DNA from: Antedon mediterranea
Lineage: Eukaryota > Animalia > Echinodermata
Reading direction: 5' to 3'
Length of the DNA: 64,000 bases
Assembly (NCBI RefSeq): GCF_964355755.1
Contig: NC_092680.1
Span: 11,284,001 to 11,348,000, forward strand
The position numbers and the translations under genes were made by a program. Below the pieces are notes generated by a model. The model searched no databases, was not told the DNA's origin, and was given only the letters and a program-made list of their open reading frames with translations. The stretch's first letter is position 1; every line of letters starts with the position of its first letter. Below are positions 1-11,200 of the stretch, piece after piece.

Positions 1-560
1 CAGTGTAAACGAGATATAAAAATTTGGCAATACCGTACGTAACTTATTATTGCAATACTGTATAAAGATTCGATGTAAATGAGATATAAAGATTCGGCAA
101 TACCGTACGTAAATTATTAATGCAATACTGTATAAAGATTCGATTTAAATGAGATATAAATATTCGGCAATACCGTACGTAAATTATTATTGCAATACTG
201 TATAAAGATTCGATGTAAATGAGATATAAAGATTCGGCAATACCGTACGTAAATTATTAATGCAATACTGTATAAAGACTCGATAGTATGTAAATGAGAT
301 ATAAAGATTCGGCAATACCTTAGTACGTAAATTATTATTGCAATACTGTAAAAAGATTCTATGAGATAATTAAGGATTCAGCAATACCGTACGTAAATTA
401 TTATTGCAATACTGTATAAGGATTCGATAGTATGTAAATGAGATATAAATATTCGGCAATACCGTGCGTAGATTATTAATGCAATACTGTATAAAGATTC
501 GATAGGAGAGTGCTCAAGAAACGTCGGGTCAACGTAAATTATTAATGATTCGATAGTATA
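1..560. repeat. 70-bp minisatellite, ~7-8 copies, decaying to the right
   Basis: GAGATATAAA recurs at 11, 81, 151, 221 (period 70), then at 296 and beyond with small indels. Each unit holds two GCAATAC(C/T)GTA and two TATAAAGATTCG sub-motifs. Confidence 0.95.
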
Positions 561-839
561 TGTAAATATATTTAGTTAGTTAATATTAAAATACAAATAA
601 AATATACATTGATTTATCGGCAGGCAAACTTAATTATTATAGAAATATAAAGATTCGATAGTACATGATTTGGCTTATATTTATTGGTTTGACCATACAT
701 ACAATTACTGTAACTCAACTCGCCATAGGCCATGGCGTTGACAACGACAATCAAAGATTAAAGCGCACATGGCGTTCCATACAAATGACGATATTAAACT
801 GGCGGCCGCTTTGGTTGGCGGCCGCTTCGACCATACTCC

Positions 840-990
840 TCTCTAGCTAGGCTTAGTAATAAGTAATATTTACTAGGCCCAGGCCTAGGGCCTAGTACTA
901 GTAGTAGTAAATAACTAGGCCTCTAGCTAGGCCTAGGCTAGGCCTACCTAGGTATGAACATTCATTGTTGTAGGCTAGGCTAGGCCTATA
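840..990. repeat. Low-complexity CTAGG/TAGGCCTA palindromic motif cluster
   Basis: Dense run of ctagctaggcctaggctaggccta-type words. The same TAGGCCTA word is scattered across 1-24 kb. Confidence 0.8.
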
Positions 991-1006
991 TTGTATTGTT
1001 ACTCAC

Positions 1007-1364
1007 CTGCTGCTGCTGACTCTGTCTGTATGTCATCATCAGAAGTATCGAAATCTGTTGAAGAAACCTCCCATGCTTTTCTCTTTGCTGCTGGAAGAAC
1101 TTCGGTAGTCGGAAGAACTTCGGTAGTCGAAATCCCAGTAGGCGACCCTTCTGTATCATCTACTCCTAGGACTAGGCCTATGCCTAGGCCTTCTTCATCG
1201 TCTTCACTTGAAGAATAGTATAGCATACGCTCAGCAGTTGGAACAGGGTGTTCTGTCGTGCCATCATCAGAAAATGTGATATTCATAATGTTATTATCGT
1301 AGAAATATGCATCGTCTTCGCTTGAGTATTGAAGCATTAGCTCAGAGTCGCTTATCATGTTCAT
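1007..1364 (-). CDS. Probable first coding exon of an unknown acidic protein (D/E/S-rich, KRK basic patch)
   Basis: The 121-aa ORF is less AT-rich than its flanks and ends at a perfect donor CAG|GTGAGT (1007/1006). CCAAT (1463-1467) and a TGACGT word (~1502) lie upstream. No family recognised. Confidence 0.45.
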
Positions 1365-3379
1365 GATTTAACAAATTGATAAAAGAAATGAACAATATAC
1401 GGTTTTATGTTCATTTAACCGTCATTCGCATCTAATCTTTGGAAAAAGCGCGAACGAATTTGATTGGCTGCTGCAGCTGATCAACGTTATATTATTTCAT
1501 GTGACGTCGTCAACGTCCAATGCAATTACAATACTGTACTTTATTCATTTTAAAACAAACCGAAATTGTCCACTTTTCCATTACTGAAACTGATTTAGGA
1601 TCAACCTGAGTTTTCGGCATGTATTGAATATAGGACTATTCCATTATTATTTATAGGGGTGTTAGTCAATATGTTGGGTTGGGTGTGCCAGGCTTGTTGA
1701 GGCTTCTATTGTTCGTGTCATTGTGCCAATTGTTTTGTATTTCACTGTGTTTGATAAAAACAAACAAAAAACTGCTGCTATAGTTAGCCTATGTGTCTGT
1801 AAATTATATCGTATTTTACACTATATTTATATAGCCTATAGGCCCTAACATGTTTTTTACCGTCAACAGTTAAATCATATCATGTTATATTTTACATTTC
1901 ATGTAATATTATTATATGTTTTTTTTTCTCAACAGCCGAATCAAGTTATATAGCCTCTTACAAATAACAAGAAAAAATACATTCAAACGTTATTCACAAT
2001 AAGGAGAAAACATATACAACTTATTTAATTTATGTTTTAATTTATATCAATCCAAAGGAAAATTAATGAAACAACGACAATGATGTGGGTATCAGTGGCT
2101 GGATCTCAATAGAGATACAAAAAAAAGCGAAAAGCTAAATCAAAACGATAAAGTAAAACAGCCAGAAAAACAATTTATATAAATACATCCATGTTTGTTT
2201 TTTTCTCAACAGTTTATGACTTTAACAAATTCAGTACACTTAAAGGCATAAGATTAAGCAAAACATACATTGTGTAACATATTTAATTTAAGGTATATAT
2301 GTGTAAGGATGTGGACAACAACACAAAAGGAAAAACACGCCTTTTCTCACTTTTACCACGGTCCGGTGGTGTATTTGGTTTTAATTTGTTTTTAGCATAA
2401 CAATAGAGATCAGTATGGTCCTGAAAACCACAAAATAAATACAATGAGAAACAAAAGTAAATAATATTCTAAAATACAAGCCAATTCTTAGTAACGACCT
2501 CAACTTAACAGGCGACTCTAATAAAAAGGATTCTCTCTGAGGACTGCGACTATTACGTCAAACGGCACGTCTACCTAAACAGCCTCTGTATACTTTGTTA
2601 GAGTATACAAATACCTAATTAATTACCTACACAATTGCATCATAAGTGCCTGAATATTACTATTATATTACTAGAATAAATGCATGTTGGAATTTACTCA
2701 CACTATTTGAATACTAAACTTAGTCTATTCATTGAATCAAGGAGTTATAATCTTAGGTTTGTGTAAAATATATAAATAACAAATCCATGGGCGCAGCCAT
2801 TTTGTATGATAAATAGAGGGCGCACTACATGACGATCTATCACGAGCATGGTAGCCTCGTGTGTACAAATTAATCAAGTGTGAACTGTAGGATGAACTAT
2901 TTTATACAAACTGTTAACTAGAAACTATCTTCTATAAACTAAACATTACTAAATCTATCTAAACATATTTTGTTAATACAAAGAAGGTTTATCACAAAAG
3001 TATATATTATAACATTATATGGCATAAAATCCTAGTTCAAAGATTGTAACACAATACTATTCAATAGGCTTCCTAACTGCACATTCCATGAGTCAAGGTT
3101 AACCCAAAACAAATGTCTAGGCCTATGAATGCAATCATCTTAAAATACAACATTAATGTTTCTTAAACATAACAGAATCTTATAAATGTATAACAAAGTA
3201 ATATATGTATAAAGTAGAGTAATTACCTTTTAATCAGATCTTTAATTAAGTAAGAGACAAAACTATCTGCTTCCTTGACCGGTTCATGAATACAAAAGAA
3301 AGCAAATCATTTGAAAAAGACTGTTACAATTATAGGGGGCAGTAACACCTATAGGGGGCAGTATTTAATTATCACATGA

Positions 3380-3706
3380 TTAGATTAATCCCCACACTCC
3401 CCTGTTTAAGCCGAGTTTGTCCTCAAACTTAATATTATTCACAACAAGAAGAATCTTTTCAGCATTTTCAGAGTCAATGCCAGCATCATCAGGCCAGTCA
3501 GGGTAAACGTCCCCAGTACCATCGTCTTCAACAAAGGACTCTACACATTCCCCTTCGGCTCCCACAAAGTGTCTCATCTTCTTCTCTGGGAGAACATATA
3601 CTGTGTTTCCATTACCATGGGCAGCACGCCTAGTTGCTTCTAGTTCGGCTCTTAGCTCATCAACCGTCCTCTGCACATCTCGCAACGATGCCTTGCTTGC
3701 CATCAC
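3380..3706 (-). pseudogene. Truncated gag N-terminus fused to the element's 3' end (108-aa ORF)
   Basis: The ORF starts just after the PBS. A coiled-coil is followed by VYVLPEKKMRHFVG...VESFVED, resembling the PNMA-like Gypsy Gag start. The ORF runs through the PPT and stops inside the LTR. Confidence 0.7.
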
Positions 3707-3740
3707 TGATCTCTAATGTTAAAGCCAAATACGATCCACG

Positions 3741-3758
3741 ATCCCACTTCTGACACCA
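3741..3758 (-). promoter_or_regulatory. Primer-binding site complementary to the tRNA-Leu 3' end
   Basis: The minus strand reads TGGTGTCAGAAGTGGGAT, 3 nt after the 5' LTR. It matches the ...ATCCCACTTCTGACACCA end of metazoan tRNA-Leu(CAA). The PPT (AAACAGGGGAG, minus strand ~3407-3397) abuts the other LTR. Confidence 0.9.
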
Positions 3759-5058
3759 AATTGTAAGGATGTGGACAACAACACAAAAGGAAAAACACGC
3801 CTTTTCTCACTTTTACCACGGTCCGGTGGTGTATTTGGTTTTAATTTGTTTTTAGCATAACAATAGAGATCAGTATGGTCCTGAAAACCACAAAATAAAT
3901 ACAATGAGAAACAAAAGTAAATAATATTCTAAAATACAAGCCAATTCTTAGTAACGACCTCAACTTAACAGGCGACTCTAATAAAAAGGATTCTCTCTGA
4001 GGACTGCGACTATTACGTCAAACGGCACGTCTACCTAAACAGCCTCTGTATACTTTGTTAGAGTATACAAATACCTAATTAATTACCTACACAATTGCAT
4101 CATAAGTGCCTGAATATTACTATTATATTACTAGAATAAATGCATGTTGGAATTTACTCACACTATTTGAATACTAAACTTAGTCTATTCATTGAATCAA
4201 GGAGTTATAATCTTAGGTTTGTGTAAAATATATAAATAACAAATCCATGGGCGCAGCCATTTTGTATGATAAATAGAGGGCGCACTACATGACGATCTAT
4301 CACGAGCATGGTAGCCTCGTGTGTACAAATTAATCAAGTGTGAACTGTAGGATGAACTATTTTATACAAACTGTTAACTAGAAACTATCTTCTATAAACT
4401 AAACATTACTAAATCTATCTAAACATATTTTGTTAATACAAAGAAGGTTTATCACAAAAGTATATATTATAACATTATATGGCATAAAATCCTAGTTCAA
4501 AGATTGTAACACAATACTATTCAATAGGCTTCCTAACTGCACATTCCATGAGTCAAGGTTAACCCAAAACAAATGTCTAGGCCTATGAATGCAATCATCT
4601 TAAAATACAACATTAATGTTTCTTAAACATAACAGAATCTTATAAATGTATAACAAAGTAATATATGTATAAAGTAGAGTAATTACCTTTTAATCAGATC
4701 TTTAATTAAGTAAGAGACAAAACTATCTGCTTCCTTGACCGGTTCATGAATACAAAAGAAAGCAAATCATTTGAAAAAGACTGTTACAATTATAGGGGGC
4801 AGTAACACCTATAGGGGGCAGTATTTAATTATCACATGATTAGATTAATCCCCACATATGTTTTATTTCATCGACCCAGTTTTAAGTGTTATTTATTAGT
4901 GTCATGTTTGGTTCAACTCAATGAGTTAGCAATGTTCGTGAGGTTCTCTCTCCAGCTGATCCTGACACAAAAACTAAAATAGTCAGAAATAAAATTGCAG
5001 AACTTTCTCTCATGCAACACACACTAACCCTTCCCCAGTACAGGATATATAGGGCCTA

Positions 5059-5570
5059 CACTGTTAAAAAAATTCTTATAAAAAAACTGTAAATTACTGG
5101 CAATCTGGACGCCAGTAATTTACCGTAATGTAGAATTACAGGTACTGTTGAAAATAAATTACTGTAAAACTACAGTAAATTATTGTTGGTCATAAAGTCG
5201 GTTGTCTACCGTAATGTAGAATCACAGGTACTGTTGAAAATAAATTACGGTAAAACTACAAATTACTGTTAACTTGAAAGTCGGATGTCAACTATAACGT
5301 AAAATCACAGGTACCGTTTCTAATAAATTACTACAGTATAATTACTGTTAATCTGAAAGTCTGTTAATGTCAACAATAACGTAAAATCACGGGTACCATA
5401 AAACTACGTAAAATTACTGTCGATTTCAAAGGAAGTGGTCTACCATTAATGTAGAATAATGTTGATAAATAACTGTAAAACTACATTAAAATTACTGTCG
5501 ATTTCAATGGTCAATGATAATGTAAAATCACAGGTACCGTTATTAATAAATTACTGCAAAAGATTCAGTG
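5059..5570 (+). mobile_element. CACTG-ended (EnSpm/CACTA-like) non-autonomous element fragment with ~80-86-bp internal tandem repeats
   Basis: Begins CACTGTTAAAAAAA. TACCGTAATGTAGAAT at 5121 and 5207 is followed by ~4 more diverged units. No matching right TIR was found. Confidence 0.6.
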
Positions 5571-5669
5571 AATTCCAACCAAACAAAATATTACAAAAAT
5601 ATAAATACCATACAAACAAAATAAATACATGCCAATAATCTTATTTCATGCCTTATATTAAAATGACCA

Positions 5670-5900
5670 TCAAATAAATGGAAGGTTTATTCCAGAGTAC
5701 ATGACCTGGATGTGGTAGATGGACACTTAACAGTAAACCACAGTAAGAATGTTGTTGATCCAATAACAGGAGTCCACACTCAAAACATAGAATCCTACTG
5801 GAATCGTGAAAAATTAAAGTTAAAAAGAATAGGTGTAAACGGGAATGGTTACCGGAATACCTTGACGAATTTATGTGGCGAGAAAGATATGGCATAATAT
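5670..5900 (+). pseudogene. Merlin transposase C-terminal fragment (frameshifted)
   Basis: Reads SNKWKVY...HLTVNHSKNVVDPITGVHTQNIESYW, then after a 1-nt shift REWLPEYLDEFMWRERYG. These are the SD.W..Y, VNHS, HTQ.IES.W and YL.EF.WR motifs of IS1595/Merlin DDE transposases. The second catalytic D appears as N. Confidence 0.9.
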
Positions 5901-7629
5901 AAATTAAACAGATTAAGTAAGTTAAAATAGTATATGTTCCTTGTGCCTTATTAAATAATGTTAAAGTCTTGTGCCTTATATTTGAATAAAGTTTGAAGAA
6001 TGTATCTTTCGATCTAACGATTTTTTTCTTGTCGTTTGTAGAGGCTATTTGCAACTGTTGAGAAAAAACCAAACATGGATGTATTTATATAAATTAAAAC
6101 ATAAATTGGATATTTTATATAAATTAAAACATAAATTAAATAAGATTAAAATGTATATGAATCTTTTTCTTGATCTTTTCTTGTTATTTGTAGAGGCTAC
6201 TTGATTTAACTGTTGAGTAAAAAAACATGTTAGGGCCTATAGGCTACTTTATATAGTGTAAAATACGATATAATTTACAGACACATAATAAAAGCTATAG
6301 GCTAACTACAGCAGCAGTTTTTTGTTTGTTTTTATCAAACACAGTGAAATACAAAACAATTGGCACAATGACACGAACAATAGAAGCCTCAACAAGCCTG
6401 GCACACCCAACCCAACATATTGACTAACACCCCTATAAATAATAATGGAATAGTCCTATATTCAAATACATGCCGAAAACTCGGGTTGATCCCTGATTTA
6501 ACCTAAAGCCATAGAAATGTAAACTAAAATATGCGTAGTGCATGAATATAGAGTAACAGTAACATTTTTAGTTTTTAATCTTTCTCAGTTTACTTTTAAT
6601 AATGCTTTGTTTTTTTACGTTTTGTTTTATATTTGAAGATATCAAATTTGTCAGTGGTTTGTCATGACAAATTATACTTTTTAAATATTTTTTTAATGGT
6701 TTTTATGTATATTTTTTTAAAAATATAATTATGTTTATTTACTCTTGTTGCACATCTCCCTCATTGAGACTGTGCCTCTGATAAAGAGATAAAAAAAATT
6801 CATAACATAATTAACTGTACGCCACATTAAATCTTAAAAAAAAAGTTTATATAAACTTTAGATTCTATCATCAAAACACTTCCCCTATTATGATCAAATC
6901 ATCTTTCATGTAAACTTGGCCTATTTTTCAGAAATGAATATCCTTATAGTAATACGATGAGTGGTAAGTTCAGAGCTTGGGATTTTTTTAGGAAACAATG
7001 AGTTTGAAAGAATCCCAATTTGATTGGTCAAAATTATCGCTACTTATACGTCCGCTATAGATGGCGCTTTTTTTCATACAGATAACTACATAAACAGAAC
7101 ACAATTGTTAAAGAATAATTAATAATATTAAAGAACCAATTCTTTTAATTATTCCTTGTATAAAAATTGTCCCCATGTATGGCAAGATATTCCTAATTTT
7201 ATCGTATATCATCTTTAATTGTCTGTACACACGAACCATGTTATCTGTATATTTAAATGATTGTTCACACAATTTATTATATCTTATGTATTTTTATTGT
7301 TTTACTAAGTTTTATGATTGAAATGCAGTATAGATAACCAATTCGATAGTGCTTAGCACTCAAGAAAGGAAATTCCCAGGTTGCTTTGTTGCGTTGTTTG
7401 ACTGCGTGAAAATTTAATAAAATAATTCTGTTCGATCCTTTTCCTTCATCTATATGGCTTGTGTTTTTGTAATTTCTGTGTGCATGCTATACATGTTGGC
7501 TTCGTCTATGAATTTGTTACCGATTGGCTATTTCCTTTGATTGTTAATGCGTTGGTGGTTGGTTACAATCAGGCCTGCATATTATTTTTCAAAATTATAA
7601 CATTTTAAATTTTGTTGTAAATTGATGCT

Positions 7630-7805
7630 TTCAATAATGATTGTAGATCATTTTCACTATTTCCAATGAGAATTATATCGTCGGCCAAGAATGAGTCTTT
7701 TTATCAATAAAAAATATTAATCTCTTTCTCTTTGAAATCTTTTGTAAGTTCATTTATATATAATATTAACAGAATTAGAGAGAGAGAGAGACAGCCTTTG
7801 TGTGT
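7630..7805 (-). pseudogene. Old non-LTR retrotransposon reverse transcriptase fragment
   Basis: The minus strand gives, with frameshifts, (Q)GC..(CT)n..LILLILYINELTKD...FLADDIILIGNSENDLQSLL, corresponding to RT domains 4-5. Confidence 0.8.
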
Positions 7806-7829
7806 TGAAAAAAATGGATAATTTTCAAT

Positions 7830-8330
7830 ATAAATCCAAATTACTGAAAGAAGACAATGCTGTGGGTATCAGTGTGGCTGGGGGTATCAGCGGCTTGATC
7901 TTAATAAAGATACAAAATAATATAAACAAAAAGCTAAATCTAAACGATACAATTTAAACAACTAGACAAAATTAGCAGAGCTTTCGGGCAAAACTAGCCC
8001 TTCATCAGTGTGTAGAAATCAAGCGCTGCCTGAGTGGACTGGAATAAAAGAAATAAAACAAAAGAGGCATAATGCTGGTGAAAAGAGTGAGATTAGAAAA
8101 CAATAAAGATAGCTTGGTATATATAAACAATTTAGAAATTGAATTAAAAATCAACTCAAATGGTGGTTAATATTGAAACATTAAATTTAGGTAGTCGATG
8201 GAATAATTTTACCGATCTGGGAATATGTTCCTAATGTTAAGTCAAAATATTTCGTGGTTTTAAGTAGTAATTCCAAGTGGTTTTCATGGTCTGCCCTGTC
8301 GTGAAAGAACGTCGCAATTGACACATTTTA
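7830..8330 (-). mobile_element. Decayed Penelope-like element 3' end / pseudo-LTR
   Basis: Contains a type I minimal hammerhead motif. It is homologous in reverse orientation to 13510-13800 and in direct orientation to 2055-2170. Confidence 0.6.
7975..8012 (-). ncRNA. Minimal type I hammerhead ribozyme motif (Penelope type)
   Basis: The minus strand reads CA-CTGATGA-A-GGGC-TAGTTTT-GCCC-GAAA-GC-TC-TG. Both core boxes are intact, with a 4-bp stem II, an AGCT palindrome in place of stem III and a short stem I. Confidence 0.8.
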
Positions 8331-8912
8331 AAAAAGCTTTTTGGGCAATTTAGGGAATGATACACCTTGTGGTGCATTCGGATTTTCAATTACTTGCAAT
8401 TATTGTTCATTCCGGATGATAACAAAAACACGTTTGGTTGATTATCTGAAAATTATGCAGTATGCAGTTGAGAGGTTATTTCATGACGGGGCAGAAATGT
8501 AGGCTAATAATAATTTGTTTTGCACAATGCATGGTTAATATTAAACATCTTTTTTATGCGAGTCTTCCTTATTACTTTCATTTAAACGAAACACAATTAA
8601 GTCACCTATGTGCGCTCACTTTGCTTTTTCACTTTGCAATGTTATCGATAACTTTAAACGAAGGGAGCCAACCGAAGCGCACCCGCATCATTTGGACGCA
8701 ATCATAATGGGTTTTTGGACCGATGTCTTATTAACGTTCCCTTTTGTAATGAAAATTATGTATAAAGGGTTTTTTTTCGGACCGACATAAAAGTAAGTCG
8801 AGATTCATGACATTTTTCGTTCTTTAATTTTTAAATGCCAAGGAGAACTAAATTTAGCAAAAGTATAGTCACGCGAGGGTTTATGAGTGCTATAGGATGC
8901 AAGTACAGCACG

Positions 8913-10780
8913 TTAGTAAATCAGGAAAGGTATGGATGATTTGTATAATGATATTGTTTGTGCTCTATCTAGTGCCTCCAAAATGTGTTTTAAAAATAAG
9001 AAAATAAAAAATGGGACCCACATTCCAGGGTGGAATGAAAATGTCGCAGAATGCCATAATGTGGCTAGAGAATCATTCCTTCTATGGGTTAATAATGGAA
9101 AGCCTAAATCTGGTTCATTATTTGAGGCGATGCGTTTTAAATGACAAGATCTCAATTTAAAATGAGTTTACGCTAGTGTAAATCAGAAGAAGAACAGCAT
9201 AGGGCTGATTCTATGGTTAAGTCTTTATTAAACAAGGCCAACAGCCATTAAGTCGCGTGCTACAATGCATAGTGATACCGGACCGACAGACAAACAGACC
9301 GACAGACAGACGGACCGACCGACATAGTGAACTATACTGACCGAAATTACTGAACATGTTTACAAATGTTGAAATGTTTAAAAACATTTATATTTTTTTA
9401 ATTTACACGTGCGTAGCCTGTCACTTTTGACGTGCTCGTATAACGTAATTTCGAGTTGAAAAGTAAGTCAAGAAAACAGAAATCGGGCAAAAAGAGTGCG
9501 CAATAACATTTAACGCGCAGTGCGCGCACAAAAATTTGCGCACTCATGGCAATTTTGTAAACGCTTAAAATTTCTTGAAACGTACGTCTCTTATTTCATC
9601 GAAAATAAATTTTGAAAATTTTAAGCGCGCGTACGCATGCGTTACATGCACTACGCACGTAATTGTATTGCCATATGATGATTTATGCCCTGAAATTTAT
9701 GAGTACCAAATTTTATTTAATTGTGATTTATGGTTGTTAAGATATGATTACAAACGTGATTTCGTTAAATCGTGCGTAGACCGCGTACTTTTTTATTGCG
9801 CACCGTGAAAACATAACCACATCGATTCCTGGCCATAAGGAATATTCTGTGAAAAATTGACTTAGCTAGATTAAACTGATATCAAGATAAGGTCATAAAG
9901 CGATAAAACGCATAGTGATACCGGACCGACAGACAGACCGACAGACAGACCGACAGACAGACCGACCGACCGACATAGTGAACTATAGAGTCGCTTCCAC
10001 GCGACTAAAAATGATTATGCTGATTTGTGGAAAAGGTTTATAAGTCTAAATCATGTACTCCTGTTCTTACTTCTTCTTTCTTGGAAATTTAAGAAATACT
10101 TACAGAATCTTTGGATAATGTTAATGGTGAATATGATAATTATAAGTAACCACTGGGCAGCTCATTTTGAGGAGCTGTTTAATTGTGTTCATAATGATAG
10201 TAATAAGGATTATGTTCACAGTATACTTGTTAATTGTAATGATGATTGTGGTTGTGAGGTAAATGTCCAACAGGTAGCGGGCATTATTAAAGATTTATCT
10301 AGTGATAAATTGTTCCGATTTTAAAATCTAAATCAGGTGATATTACGAGTAAAAGCAATTAGGCCTATAGCTTTAGCTAGTGTGGTATCTAAGGTACTAG
10401 AATTTGTATTAATTAAATTGTCCGGAGATAGCCTTAAGTCATCTGACCATCAGTTTGCGTTTAAATCGGGTCACTCCACAGATACATGTATATTAATCTT
10501 AAAACAAGTTGTTGCATTTTATAGTCGGCAAAATAGCCCTGTATATGCTTGCTTTCTTGATGCCTCTAAGGCATATGACAGATTAAATAACTGGACTCTT
10601 TTTTTAAAAATTGTTAAACAGAAAGATGCCAACCGCAATTGTAAAATTGTTATCGTGTTGGTACTCACAGCAACAGTTTTGTATTAAATGGGGAAGATCT
10701 ATCTCCCGATAGTTCTATGTAAGAAACGGAGTGCGACAGGGTGGAATCATGTATCCGTTACTGTATAATGTTTACATTTC
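8913..10780 (+). mobile_element. Degenerate LINE ORF2 fragment (CR1/L2 group, Daphne/Crack-like), interrupted at 9231-10009
   Basis: Reads IPGWNENV...ARESFLLWVNNGKP, then RPIALASVVSKVLE...QFAFKSGHST...CFLDASKAYDRL, then GVRQGGIMYPLLYNVYI. There are several stops and frameshifts, and it is truncated before the YADD motif. Confidence 0.9.
9231..10009 (-). mobile_element. DINE-1/HINE-like non-autonomous Helentron element
   Basis: The minus strand starts TTTAGTCGCGT (subTIR), then a short inverted copy GCGACT and a (GTCK)n microsatellite. It ends ACGCGACTTA plus a GGC-TGTTG-GCC hairpin plus TTGTT. It is inserted in an A/T run with no TSD. Removing it restores the LINE frame KSLL|NDYADLWKR. Confidence 0.85.
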
Positions 10781-11129
10781 CCAAGAACCAGTGGGAATAT
10801 TAAAAGAAAGCCGATCACGCTTACTAACATCTTTTAAACGGAGTTTTGGACGACGATATCAAATGCCTGTTGCCACTGAATTGGACTGTGACTTTCATAT
10901 CTTGTTTTTACGTGATATTAGGATTTATTGCTAAAAATCATATACAGTATAACCAAAGTTAAATATAAACTATGAAATTATGAGCCTATGAAACATTTTA
11001 ATTAACGCTTGAACTTTTTTTAAATTAATGTGATTGTAAATAGGGGCCTACCTGATTTGTATTAAAATGTTTCTATAATTATCAATTATTCCTTATATTC
11101 ATCTGAATATAAAACAAAAGTCTACTTCC

Positions 11130-11200
11130 GAATTGGCAGGGTCGGAGTCACTATAATGTAATTAGCTACCCCATTTGGACGGAAAATAATAATAATAATA
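11130..11200 (+). repeat. Short interspersed repeat 3' end with (AAT)n tail
   Basis: CAGGGTCGGAG...ATTAGCTACCC is followed by (AAT)5. A reverse-complement homolog lies at ~14560-14600 and in the other two full 1756-bp units. Confidence 0.5.

Larger units (their letters stand above)
2302..4856 (-). mobile_element. Non-autonomous, internally deleted Ty3/Gypsy LTR retrotransposon
   Basis: Direct repeats 2302-3396 and 3762-4856 (1095 bp, TG...CA, no difference seen by eye). 4-bp TSD TATG at 2298-2301 and 4857-4860. PBS and polypurine tract are present. The internal part is only 365 bp. Confidence 0.95.
1598..6492 (+). mobile_element. Merlin (IS1595/IS1016-related) DNA transposon, non-autonomous or decayed
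   Basis: Ends are GGATCAACC...GGTTGATCC. An 8-bp TSD CTGATTTA sits at 1590-1597 and 6493-6500. Inverted repeats are near-identical for ~280 bp and alignable with indels for ~450-600 bp. A transposase remnant lies inside. Confidence 0.92.

Noticed and set aside
5653-6072. 139-aa minus-strand ORF
   Set aside because: It is the antisense shadow of the Merlin transposase remnant and TIR, with a non-ATG start and no motif.
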